Notes: generated by a model from the sequence alone, not told the origin. A DNA stretch of 64,000 bases from Octopus sinensis (GCF_006345805.1 NC_043022.1:19220001-19284000), one strand, 5' to 3'; numbered from the stretch's first letter, positions 51,255 to 62,793 are shown. Program-made: numbers and translations.

Positions 51255-52029
51255 ACCACAAAGCTACAGGGATGAAAACACACCAACATTGGTTGTCAAG
51301 TGATGGTGGAGGTACAAACACAGACACCAACGCCAGAAATCCAGGATCTGGAATTATCCAGTAATTTTTTGCTAGTTTTATTTTGTCTTTTTGTCTTCTC
51401 TACTGGTGCTGTATGAACATTTAATGTGGTTTTAGAGTCAGATCTTGGCTGCTATTTTCAGCATGGCGGTATCTCGTAGATACCCTCAACTATAATTTTA
51501 ATAATAATTATTACCTTTGAAGGTTCTTATTTCCATGCTGGCCACTTGATAAGATTGATATTTAATTTAAATTAACGATCTTATCCTTATTCATATATAT
51601 ACACGACAGGCTTCTTTCAGTTTCCATCTACGAAATCCACTCACAAGGCTTTGGTTGGTCTGAGGCTATATTAGAAGACACTTGCCCAAGGTGCCACGTA
51701 GTGATGACTGAATCCAGAACCATGTGTTTGGTAAGCAATCTACTTACCACACAGCCTCATTCCATCAAGGATTTATGGGGGTCCCACTGAGTAGAATAGG
51801 AATCAAAGGGGTCCACAGGTAAAAAAAGGGTGAGAAAACACTGGTGTAGATCTTCCAGCAGAACTCCTTTAGCGAGAAAGGACGAGAACAGTTTATGCAT
51901 CTCATGGCATGAATGAAGTTGCGTAGTGGACAAGACTAAAAAGGATGAAGATAGAAATCTTCCTTTTTGAGCAGATCCTCATCAACTTAATTCAGGGTTG
52001 ACTTGAAAATGAAAGGGAGGATAGGGCCA

Positions 52030-52436
52030 CCCAAGGCGGATTGGTCTGACACGGAGTGGTATTAGGGCCACAACCCGGCAGATGGTGCTCTGGTGAAAAT
52101 CCTCGGAGTGTCTGTTTCGGCAACCAGCGACTCCTCGGTCGTTCTGTCTCTGCATCTGCGGACAATCTGCGGCAAACAGGATGTCTCTACATGCGGGATT
52201 GCTGGGGACCGCTTGTGAAATCCACATATTCCCACAAAACTTTTTCCATGAATCCTCAATAGCGAATACAATGGCAACATCGGCCTGCGTCGATGGAACC
52301 GTGACTGGCTCGCTATCTCCAGTGAACTGGCACAGGACTGTCATGCGTGGGCTGCCATGGTTCGAGATGCCTCGAGAGTGGTAGAAGCCGACATGACCCA
52401 CCCAGAGTGAATGTCGCCACAAGTACAAGTAAGTAA
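52030..52436 (+). mobile_element. Degenerate RTE-clade LINE 3' end
   Basis: GLRRWNRDWLAISSELAQDCHAWAAMVRD..* from 52282, followed by an ACAAGTACAAGTAAGTA tail typical of RTE-like 3' ends. Confidence 0.65.
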
Positions 52437-52617
52437 ATTAAAACCTTCCATCAAAATTCCATGTAAAGTTTTGTCCCAAACACCATCTTAATAATGGCAA
52501 AGCTATTTTACGAAATTCTTCCTTATTTTCGAAACTAATTGAAACAAAGACAAAGTATTTCAACAGAAATATGGTAAGAAACGGGTTGAACGAGACAAGT
52601 TCAGAAACACCAAATAC

Positions 52618-52717
52618 CTTTTGTTATTCGAGAGAATCCTGCCACCGAGGAATTGTGAGTGCTGCTGTCTTCGTTTCTATTGAATTTAAACTCTGTGTAA
52701 TTGCTGATCATACTTAT
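52618..52717 (-). CDS. Repeat-module extracellular protein, B-type exon (phase 0-1)
   Basis: ctatcatttcAG acceptor and AAG|GTATTT donor; 100 bp. Reads ISMISNYTEFKFNRNEDSSTHNSSVAGFSRITK. Same size and phase class as the other B exons. Confidence 0.75.
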
Positions 52718-55700
52718 CTGAAATGATAGATTTGAAATATTGTTAAGATAACTCAGCTCTTTTACTCTTTTACTCTTTTACTTGTTTCAGTCATTTGACT
52801 GCGGCCATGCTGGAGCACTGCCTTTAGTCGAGCAAATCGACCCCGGGACTTATTCTTTGTAAGCCCAGTACTTATTCTATCGGTCTCTTTTGCCGAACCG
52901 CTAAGTGACGGGGACGTAAACACACCAGCATTGGTTGTCAAGCAATGCTAGAGGGACAAACACAGACACACAAACATATATATATATATACATATATACG
53001 ACAGGCTTCTTTCAGTTTCCGTCTACCAAATCCACTCACAAGGCTTTGGTCGGCCCGAGGCTATAGCAGAAGACACTTGCCCAAGATGCCACGCATTGGG
53101 ACTGAACCCAGAACCATGTGGCTGGTTAGCAAGCTACTTACCACACAGCCACTCCTGCACCTATTTGAGATCTGATTATGAGTTGCCTCAGTTCCTTGTC
53201 AAGGGGTTGGTGTCGTTTGTCCGAGCATTTTCTGTTTGTGTCAGTGTCCTATGGTGGAAGTAGGGCGGGTAGGAGAAACACTAAATCCTTTCTTTGCTCA
53301 AACCTCATTTCAAGTCAATCAATCAATTGATCGTGGAGGCACATGGCCTGGTGGTTAGAGCAGCGAACTCGCGGTCGAGGGATAGTGGGTTCGAATCTCA
53401 GACCGAGTGATGTGTGTGTTTATGAGCGAAATATCTAAGCTCCACGCGGCTCTGGCAGAAGGTAATGGCGAACTTCTGCTGACTCTTTCGCCACAACTTT
53501 CTCTCACTCGTTCCTCCTGCATCTTGCAGCTCACTTGTGACGGACCGGTGTTCCGTCCAGGTGGGGAACCTATATGCCAAGGAAACCGGAAAACCGGCCC
53601 TTATGAGCCAGGCGGGGCTCGAGAAGGAACAAACAATCAATTGATCTATCAATCAACCAAGTTTAAGCACAAGTTTAATAAAGAGTTTCTACTGCTTGCC
53701 TTTGTGGAGGCGCAATGGCCCAGTGGTTAGGGCAGCGGACTCGCGGTTTCGATTCCCAGACCGGGTGTTGTGAGTGTTTATTGAGCGAAAACACCTAAAA
53801 GCTCCACGAGGCTCCGGCAGGGATGGTGGTGATCCCTGCTGTACTTCACCACAACTTTCTCTCACTCTTACTTCCTGTTTCTGTTGTACCTGTATTTCAA
53901 GGGGCCGGCCTTGTCATTCTCTGTGTCACGCTGAATATCCCCGAGAACTACATTAAGGGTGCACGTGTCTGTGGAGTGCTCAGCCACTTACACGTTAATT
54001 TCACGAGGAGGCTGTTCCGTTGATCGGATCAACCGGAACCCTTGTCGTCGTAACCGACGGAGTGCCTCCACTACTTGCCTTTTCTTCAAGCCAGGTATAT
54101 CCTCTCAGCAGGTCATTAACATTTTTGGTCTTAATTAATTAAGAGAGTCACTTAGCATTCTCCACTGACGATGCGAATATGGAGCTAGTACTGCAGAGGA
54201 ATAGAATGGTCAGCAGTCATACACTACACCCACTTGTAACTGTAAGATGTACCATTGCCATGAGTATCATCATCATCTTCAACATGATCACTACTACCAC
54301 TGTCTCCACCATCATTACCATAATCCTCCTTAACATCCAATTTCCACGATGGAATGGGCTTGACAGTTTGACAGGACCTGAAAAGATGGCTGGGTGGTAC
54401 ATCATGCACCACTGTCTACTTTGGCATGGTTTCTTATTTCTTTACTGCCCACAAGGGGCTAAGCATAGAGGGGACAAACATGGACAGACAAAGGGATTAA
54501 GTCGATTACATTGACCCCAGTGCGTAACTGGTACTTAATGTATCGACCTCAACAGGATGAAAGGCAAAGTCGACCTTGGTGGAATTTGAAATACCTATTT
54601 CTTTATTACCCACAAGGGGCTAAAAACATAGGGGACAAACAAGGCAGACAAAGGGATTAAGTCGATTACATTGACCCCAGTGCATAACTGGTACTTAATT
54701 TATCGACCTCAAAAGGATGAAAGGCAAAGTCGACCTTGGTGGAATTTGAAATACCTATTTCTTTATTACCCACAAGGGGCTAAAAACAGAGGGGACAAAC
54801 ATGGACAGACAAACGGATTAAGTCGATTACATCGACCCCAGTGCGTAACTGGTACTTAATTTATCGACCCCGAAAGGATGACAGGCAAAGTTGACCTCGG
54901 CGGAATTTGAACTCAGAACGTAACGGCAGACGAAATACGGCTATGCATTTCGCCCAGCGTGCTAACGTTTCTGCCAACTCGCCGCCTTAATAGTTTGATA
55001 GCCATAGAAACCATGCTAAACCATACTTTGGCATGGTTTCTATGGTTGCATGACTTTCCTAATGTCAACCACTTTACAGAGTGTACTGAGTGACTTTTTC
55101 GTTCATGGCACCAGCACTAACAAGGATCACCTTATAACTCCAAGGTTAAGGTCCAAAAGAAGCCCTTATAACTGAGGGAGGATAGAAGAGGGAGTGGGTG
55201 GTGATTTTAGGCAGGAGGATGAGTGATTGTATTTTAGAGGGGAAACAAGTGAAATAAATAGGGGACAGGGGATAGGTAAGGGATTAGCTACAGGGTTTAG
55301 AAAAAGAGGAGACAGAGTTGAAAGGCGAGAGGGTGGGTTGTGTAGTGAGCATGGTGGTGGCGAGGGAGGGTAAAGTCGAGGGCTATCCCTCATTATAAGT
55401 ATGTTCCAGAAGAGAACATGGAGTAAAGTTGGCCCCACTGAAAGTGTGAACCAGTCATTTTGAAGTATGAAATTCTCTTCCATGAAACATGCAGCCTGAC
55501 TCCCTATCATCTCTACATGTTTTCACTTTAACATTCAGGTTTCTCGGTCAAATGTAATGCTTATTTACTCTTTACTCTCTTTTACTTGTTTCAGTCATTT
55601 GACTGCAGCCATGCTGGAGCACCGCCTTTAGTCAAGCAAATCAACCCCAGGACTTATTCTTTGTAAGCCCAGTACTTATTCTATCGGTCTCTTTTGCCGA

Positions 55701-56180
55701 ACCGCTAAGTAACGGGGACACAAACACACCAGCATCGGTTGTCAAGCAATGCTAGGGGGACAAACACAGACACACAAACACACACACACATATATACACA
55801 TATACGACGGGCTTCTTTCAGTTTCCGTCTACCAAATCCACACACAAGGCTTTGGTCAGCCCGAGGCTATAGTAGAAGACACTTGCCCAAGGTGCCACGC
55901 AGTGGGACTGAACCTGGAACCATGTGGTTGGTAAACAAGCTACTTACCACACAGCCACTCCTGCGCGTATTGATTCACATTGTTTTGAAATAAACATAGA
56001 TTATGTCATAGCTTCAAGATTTCGATGGCGTGATGGTTAATTGCTAGTATGAGATTGTAGGTTATGTGTGAGAGGTCAGATATGGATGTTTTGAGCATAA
56101 AACGGAAAATATTGGGGCTGGATATGATATGGCTGTTTTAAATGCTAAAGGGCAAAAGTAGGTTAAGAAAATATATTTAC

Positions 56181-56407
56181 TTCATTGATTTTCAGAGATT
56201 CATTCTTAAAATGGAGATTTATGCTTGTGATTTCCAAGTTTTCATACGTCTTCAGATTAAAATACTTAATATAGCTATCTCCATATGTGCAGAAATTCCT
56301 CCATTTCAAATGTCTGGTGAAAGAAGATAACGTGCCTTGGATTATTTCTACGGAGAAAGTTCGTTCATGTTCTTCAGGAGAAATAACTTTCAACAGCCAG
56401 TTCTTGC
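56181..56407 (-). CDS. Repeat-module extracellular protein, A-type exon (phase 1-0)
   Basis: aaatttttatttcAG acceptor and GAA|GTAAAT donor; 227 bp. Reads KNWLLKVISPEEHERTFSVEIIQGTLSSFTRHLKWRNFCTYGDSYIKYFNLKTYENLEITSINLHFKNESLKINE. Aligns with exon 59326 (WRIELTS/WLLKVIS; [26 protein letters not shown]). Confidence 0.85.
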
Positions 56408-57430
56408 CTGAAATAAAAATTTAGAAAATAGGACTTTTAGTCTGTGTGTGTATACATACACACAAGCATATATGCATTCACACACACACACATGTATATA
56501 CAGGGTATCCCAAATTTCATAACTTTACTATAACATACAGTATGGGGTAGACGAAGACTTATAGATAAATAAATAAGTAAATAATAATAAGGGAGGAAGC
56601 GCTCTGTCGGTTACGACGATGAGGGTTCCGGTTGATCCAAATCAACGGAACAGCCTGCTCGTGAAATTAACGTGTAAGTGGCTGAGCACTCCACAGACAC
56701 ATGCACACTTAACGTAGTTCTCGGGGATATTCAGCATGACACAGAAAGTGACAAGGCCGGCCCCTTGAAATACAGGTACAACAGAAACAGGAAGTAAGAG
56801 CGAGAGAAAGTTGTGGTGAAAGAGTACAGCAGGGATCACCACCATCCCCTGCCGGAGCCTCGTGGAGCTTTTAGGTGTTTTCGCTCAATAAACACTCATA
56901 ACGCCCGGTCTGGGAATCGAAACCGCAATCCTATGACCGCGAGTCCGCTGCCCTAACGACTGGGCCATTGCACCTCCACAAATAATGATAATGATAGTAT
57001 ACTACGGGTACTATAAGTGAGACAGAATTTTTTCAATTTTTCCAAAGCAAAATATTTTTATATTTCAAACAATTATGACATGACCATATTTATTCGATAT
57101 GCCATTCCTAATGCCAACCACTTTACAGGGTGTACTGAGTGACTTTTTCGTTAAAGTGCTACTGGAAGCTTGAAAATGCAAAGAAGAGAGTTTAGGAGGG
57201 AGTTTCAGACAGATCCACCTACGTGACTTAATATCATCCAAATTAGAGATGAGTTTGAACATGGAACTCTTCAGAATGTCTACAAAAAATATGGCTCCTC
57301 CGTGGATATGGAAGAGCCCTACAAAGCAAGAATGTATACACAAGACATATTGTCAGGGTTCAAGAAAATTGGTGCCAGGAGTTATTAGACAAAAATTTGA
57401 TATTGAAAGTCCAACTTGATTTTGAAATGC

Positions 57431-57709
57431 TCTTTCAATTACTTTAAATATTACAAAGAAATTAGTAAAATAATTTGGTTATCATTCAGCTAGTGTTAGG
57501 AACATAAATTGTGACTAAGGTTTGATGGTAGTTTTTATTCAAAACTTATGAAAACAAGACATTTGTATTACAGAACCAGAGCCGTTTTCATAAGTTTTGA
57601 ATAAAAAACTTCCATCAAATCTTAGTCACAATTTATGTTCCTAACACTAGCTGAATGATAACCAAATTATTTTACTAATTTCTTTGTAATATTTAAAGTA
57701 ATTGAAAGA
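57431..57709. repeat. ~125-bp inverted repeat (about 3 differences) with a 28-nt spacer
   Basis: 57431-57555 versus 57584-57709. Confidence 0.95.
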
Positions 57710-58153
57710 AACACAGAGCATCTCAAAATAAATACAGTAATGAAAGGGTTAAAGGATAAAAATTAGACCAAAGAATAGCCTATACTCTCAAAGAAGATGA
57801 TCCAAAGCAAAGACTAGAGGTTTCTAATGGAATTTGGAAGCATGTATAGGAGATGCACACTTCCTAATAAAAATTCCTTAAAGTGATGAGGCTAAATTTA
57901 AATTAAACGTCTCAACGAACCACAACAGTTGCCTCTAATGAAAACCTGAGAATTCAAATATTAGAGAGAAACATCATGTTAATATATAGGCGCAGGAGTG
58001 GCTGTGTGGTAAGTAGCTTTCTTACCAGCCACATGGTTCCGGGTTCAGTCCCACTGCATGGCATCTTGGGCAAGTGTCTTCTGCTATAGCCTCGGGCCGA
58101 CCAATGACTTGTGAGTGGATTTGGTAGACGGAAACTGAAAGAAGCCTGTCGTA

Positions 58154-58186
<33 letters not shown>

Positions 58187-58735
58187 GCGTATATGTGTTT
58201 GTGTGTCTGTGTTTGTTCCCCCACCATCGCTTGACAACCGATGCTGGTGTGTTTACGTCCCCGTCACTTAGCGGTTTGGCAAAAAGAGACCGATAGAATA
58301 AGTACTGGGCTTACAAAGAATAAGTGCCGGGGTCGATTTGCTCGACTAAAGGTGGTGCTCCAGCATGGCTCCAGTCAAATGACTGAAACACGTAAAAGAG
58401 TAAAGAGTAAAGAGTAGGTGTTATAGTGTGGTGCAGCCTCTCACCAAAAGAATTAATTAAACCATTCTTTACAGTACTATAACTGATCTCATTAACTTAC
58501 TGTGACAATCTGGCACATCAAACATTCAAAGGATTTTAAGAACTCCATATTAATTAAACACAAATTTATCAAGTATGTGAATTCTACATATCTCTTTCTT
58601 TAAATTTCCTTAATTTCAATTTAAACTATTATTAATCCTGCTTTGAATTCTCACAAAATGATTATCTCCCTTTTGATAGTTGTGACCACCGGAGGGACCC
58701 CATATGCTTGATGTGGTTGCTCAATGAAATCTTAC

Positions 58736-58829
58736 TTTTTAGAACTTCACAAGAATATTTCCTTGCATTTTTCCTATTTATGTTAACACAACCATATTCT
58801 TCTCCAGTAAGCACCTTTGTCATGACAAT
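58736..58829 (-). CDS. Repeat-module extracellular protein, B-type exon (phase 0-1)
   Basis: taattttttcAG acceptor and A|GTAAGA donor; 94 bp. Reads IVMTKVLTGEEYGCVNINRKNARKYSCEVLK(S). Phase-compatible with both neighbours. Confidence 0.85.
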
Positions 58830-58889
58830 CTGAAAAAATTAATTAAAAAATGGTTTTAAGTTAAGTTGATTATATCTATCTATCTATCT

Positions 58890-58938
<49 letters not shown>

Positions 58939-58944
58939 CATTAT

Positions 58945-58975
<31 letters not shown>

Positions 58976-59078
58976 TATATATATAATGTGCATTTTTACT
59001 CTAACAATAACAAAGACAAAGTAAGGAACAAAAAGAAAGAAAAGCAAACACAGAATTCAAGAAGGTGAAAATACTTAC

Positions 59079-59326
59079 CTTGGATATATTGAAAGGTTTT
59101 TTATTGCTTCTGAAGTCTATTTCCACCTCGCTGATGCTTACATTCGGAATATTGGTAACAGCAGATATTGTGGGGAGGTGAGCTAACTTTTGGAATGCTA
59201 GACGAGTTTGGTTCCTTGTCTGTGAAGAGTTTGATTTACTGTCACCCATCCCAACAAATATCTTCATTTGTTTTGCACGTTCTATCCGTTTGGATCGAGA
59301 AGTTAGTTCTATTCTCCATGTGGAAT
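59079..59326 (-). CDS. Repeat-module extracellular protein, A-type exon (phase 1-0)
   Basis: ttttttctttcttctttAG acceptor and AAG|GTAAGT donor; 248 bp open. Reads [82 protein letters not shown]. Confidence 0.85.
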
Positions 59327-59456
59327 CTAAAGAAGAAAGAAAAAAAATAGTCAAAGGGAAAAAAAAACAATAACAAACATGGTGTAGTGGTCATCCAAAC
59401 ACACACATATATACATACATATTCATATATATATACATATATATATCCATACATTC

Positions 59457-59527
<71 letters not shown>

Positions 59528-59717
59528 ATATATCTATCTATATATATATACACACACACACATATATGTATATATATATATATATATGCCAGCGCCGCCT
59601 TAACTGGCTTCCGTGCCGGTGGCACATTAAAAGCACCAACTGATCGCGGCTGATTCCAGACTCCCTTGGAACCTGTGCCGGTGGCACGTAAAAAGCACCC
59701 ACTTAAATTTTCACTGC

Positions 59718-60770
59718 TTAACTTAAAATGGACTTTTCACTGCTTTCAATCTGTTTGTTTAGGCGATTTGAAATTTTTGTACGCCGTCTCATTAAAATTT
59801 TCCTCTCTCTGGGGATTTTGTTCTTGTGTACAGTGGCCTTTCTCTCTGGGACACATTTGTAGCATATGGCTTGCATTACAGACATGAATTGTTGAAGTTT
59901 CACGTCGATGTCTGGCGAGGAGAGACATTTAGGCCAGTTTTGTTTGAGGATCTCTTTCTCAATTTGTTTCCAGTTTGCCTTATGGTAGTTCAAGCTGGAA
60001 AGATTCTGAGGGTTTCTTGTAGGCTGCATGTCCGTGCTCTCTTTTGGCCCGTACATGGTCAGCTCTACCATGTTGTGATCCGAGAGTAGTGTCGGTGTTA
60101 CTTTCACATTATGGATGAGATCCATGTCATTTGTGAAGCAGAGATCCAGTGTGTTACTTGCCCTGGTTGGTTGGAGTATTACTTGCTCCATGTACAGGGT
60201 GTTGATGAGGTTCAGGAGGGACCTCGCCTGTCCTCGTTCACATCTTGTCATTCCTGGAAGAGAAAGGCCCTCAGGCCATCTGACATTGGGTAGATTGAAG
60301 TCTCCCATGAGAAGTACACTTATGTGTTGTTCTAATGTGATTAGAACTTCTTCTATTTTTATAAGGCAGTCTTCAAACTTGCCTACATGGCTTGGGGCAT
60401 CTGGAGAGCGATATGTAGCACACACAACTACATCGAGTTGCCTTATGTGTACAATTAGTGTGTCACACACCGAGTTTGAGTATGACAAAAGGACCTGGGG
60501 TGTGAGGTCCTCACGGATGTACATAGCAACTCCTCCATGACTCCTTTCTTTTCTGTCGGTCCGTAGTACAACATACTGTGGTATGTGTAATTCCGCATCT
60601 GCTATGTCCGGTTTCAGGTGCGTTTCCGTAAGTGCTATGCATAAGGCTTGATTGCATGCGACAAAGTCTCTCAGGAACGGGATTTTTGTCCTGTTACTGA
60701 GTGTTTGCATTCCTCTGATGTTCAGTAGGAGCATCGAGGTGAGGTGTATGTTGTTGCCGGCGGTGTCCAT
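59718..60770 (-). CDS. CR1-like LINE ORF2, APE endonuclease domain and linker; truncated before the reverse transcriptase
   Basis: Motifs [66 protein letters not shown], followed by the CR1-type linker LNYHKANW and [13 protein letters not shown]. The frame is open from 60893; probable ATG at 60770. Confidence 0.92.
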   Translation of the reverse strand: MDTAGNNIHLTSMLLLNIRGMQTLSNRTKIPFLRDFVACNQALCIALTETHLKPDIADAELHIPQYVVLRTDRKERSHGGVAMYIREDLTPQVLLSYSNSVCDTLIVHIRQLDVVVCATYRSPDAPSHVGKFEDCLIKIEEVLITLEQHISVLLMGDFNLPNVRWPEGLSLPGMTRCERGQARSLLNLINTLYMEQVILQPTRASNTLDLCFTNDMDLIHNVKVTPTLLSDHNMVELTMYGPKESTDMQPTRNPQNLSSLNYHKANWKQIEKEILKQNWPKCLSSPDIDVKLQQFMSVMQAICYKCVPERKATVHKNKIPRERKILMRRRTKISNRLNKQIESSEKSILS

Positions 60771-61630
60771 CTTGGGTCTGTTTGCTGTGGTGGTCTTGTA
60801 TATTGTGGGTAGTCCCACCTGTGAGCTTGGGTTTGATGAAGCCAGGTCAGCTGCTGTACAATCTTTTGTGCCATGCACAAAAAAGATTCTTGCTCAGCAG
60901 CTGCCCTTTCAACAACGTCATGTTGGCGGTTTGTAGCACGCAACACATCTGCATACCTCCGTTTTGGGGCAGGTGGTGCGTGGTCCATCCCTTTTCCTTG
61001 TGTTGATGGTTTGTTTATCTGTTTTCGTTTCGTGTCTCTGCGGCAGGGTCCCCGATGTGCAAAGCGGCAGCCTGCACCTTCCTCTCCATGCCAGCAGGTA
61101 CCTCTCAGGTAGAACCTACACACCCGTGTGCGCTGTTTGTTTCCAACCCTTGTGGTTCCACTTCTATTCCTGGCTGTTTCACCCTTTGGTCCTGCTTGAG
61201 CTTTTCCTTTAGCTCTTTCAGTCCTTCTTTTAGTTCTTCCTCCCTCTACTTCTTCCCTGGGTTCTCCATCTCCATGGCCCTTGCTGCCGGTAGGAGCATT
61301 TGTACTTGGATTCAATTCCCGGGCAGGTTTCTCACTCAAAACCCCTTCCCGGGTGTCCACCAGGTGGGGGTGACTTCTTTCATCATCTCCATCCTTGCCA
61401 TCTTTGCCCTGCTCGTTCTCAAAAATGGCATCAAGTGTGCCAATGTTCGACCGTACAAGCGCATAGGAGCGTTTGAATTCCTGTTTCTTTCGCTCTATCT
61501 GAGCTACCGTCCTTTTGTAGTTGCCACTCTTCAGCGCAGCCGTAATCACATTGTTTGGGTTTTCTCCGTCGGTGCATTTCCAGGCTCGTACGAACAACGC
61601 CAGTTCGTCAGGTCTCCAGGCTCTGGACAT
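60722..61630 (-). CDS. CR1-like LINE ORF1 (302 aa): N-terminal Myb/SANT-like trihelix motif and CCCH zinc finger
   Basis: Intact ATG-to-TGA ORF directly upstream of, and overlapping, an APE-endonuclease ORF. Contains CRFYLRGTCWHGEEGAGCRFAH (C-x7-C-x8-C-x3-H) and WRPDELALFVRAW...ITAALKSGNYKRTVAQIERKKQEFKRSY. Confidence 0.85.
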   Translation of the reverse strand: MSRAWRPDELALFVRAWKCTDGENPNNVITAALKSGNYKRTVAQIERKKQEFKRSYALVRSNIGTLDAIFENEQGKDGKDGDDERSHPHLVDTREGVLSEKPARELNPSTNAPTGSKGHGDGEPREEVEGGRTKRRTERAKGKAQAGPKGETARNRSGTTRVGNKQRTRVCRFYLRGTCWHGEEGAGCRFAHRGPCRRDTKRKQINKPSTQGKGMDHAPPAPKRRYADVLRATNRQHDVVERAAAEQESFLCMAQKIVQQLTWLHQTQAHRWDYPQYTRPPQQTDPRWTPPATTYTSPRCSY

Positions 61631-61719
61631 GTTGGATAATCTATCTATTTATTTATCTATCTAATTATGTTCAAAATTCAATAGTGTGACAGCGGGCAGA
61701 GAAAGAAAGCGACTGTGCA

Positions 61720-62130
61720 CCTAGAGAGATTGAGAGCTGAGAGAAGATAAGAAGATATATATTTATGCGACTATATATTTAGAGAAATTGAGAAGGTGAG
61801 AGAGGAAAGATTGAGAGCTGAGAGAAGATAAGAAGATATATATTTATGCGACTATATATTTAGAGAGATTAAGAAGGTGAGAGAGGAAAGATTGTGACAG
61901 AGAGAAGTGGAGAAGTGAAGAGACAAGGGAAGATTGAATGGCTGAAAGAAGAGAGATGAGAAGGTGAGAGAGGAAAGATTGTGACAGAGAGAAGTGGAGA
62001 AGTGAAGAGACAAGGGAAGATTGAATGGCTGAAAGAAGAGAGATGAGAAGGTGAGAGAGGAAAGATTGTGACAGAGAGAAGTGGAGAAGTGAAGAGACAA
62101 GGGAAGATTGAATGGCTGAAAGAAGAGAGA
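61720..62130 (-). repeat. Tandem monomers in the LINE 5'UTR (81 bp x2, 87 bp x3)
   Basis: ATTGTGACAG at 61891, 61978 and 62065 (period 87); ATTGAGAGCTG at 61729 and 61810 (period 81). The two units share GAAGGTGAGAGAGGAAAGATTG. Confidence 0.9.
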
Positions 62131-62707
62131 TGGTGTGATAGAGAGAAGTAAAGAGACAGAGGGAGAAAGAGAGGGGGTTACGAAAGCTGCAATAGAAATG
62201 AGGGATTAAGAAAATGAAAGATTGTTAAAGAGAGGATTGTTAAAAACGAGAAACAGATATTGAGAGAATGTAAACAAAAACGGCCTTCGTAACTTTTAAC
62301 GGAGTTGCAAGCTTAAGTTAAGGGAAATAAAATAAGATAATAGATAAAATATGAAATAGAAGATGAAAGTGATACTTATTCCAACGATGTAGTCTGGGTT
62401 TTTGTGCTTTACGGAATTATTTTCCAGGAGAGATGTTTCTTTTTCCTTCTTACAGGAGATAAATTAATTCAATGAGTGTCCACCAAGTGCGTTTTCGGCG
62501 AAAAGAAAATAACTCTATTTGGCTTCAGGCAAAATATATTACGTTTTTGATTAATATATTTTTAACCAATGTGTTGTAAATGGACTTTATGATTTGAATT
62601 TTTCGTTTTGTGACTTTCAGTAGGCTATTTCGCCGATTTATGCAAACTTTTCTGTTTTTTTTAACAGAGCAAAGGCGAGACACGTCTTTCTCTGGGAAAA
62701 CCGGAAG

Positions 62708-62740
<33 letters not shown>

Positions 62741-62747
62741 ATATATA

Positions 62748-62793
<46 letters not shown>

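Larger units (their letters stand above)
59718..62708 (-). mobile_element. Young CR1-like LINE, 5' half (5'UTR + ORF1 + endonuclease), in an intron of the minus-strand gene in sense orientation
   Basis: Two intact ORFs and a pyrimidine-rich (element sense) 5'UTR with tandem monomers. The 5' boundary is uncertain, somewhere between ~62200 and the (TA)n tract at 62708. Confidence 0.8.

Noticed and set aside
55166-55510. Extra exon of the minus-strand gene
   Set aside because: No polypyrimidine acceptor or donor, and exon 56181 already splices in frame to 52717.
61055-61639. 194-aa plus-strand ORF (also 60115-60540)
   Set aside because: Antisense shadows of LINE ORF1 and ORF2.
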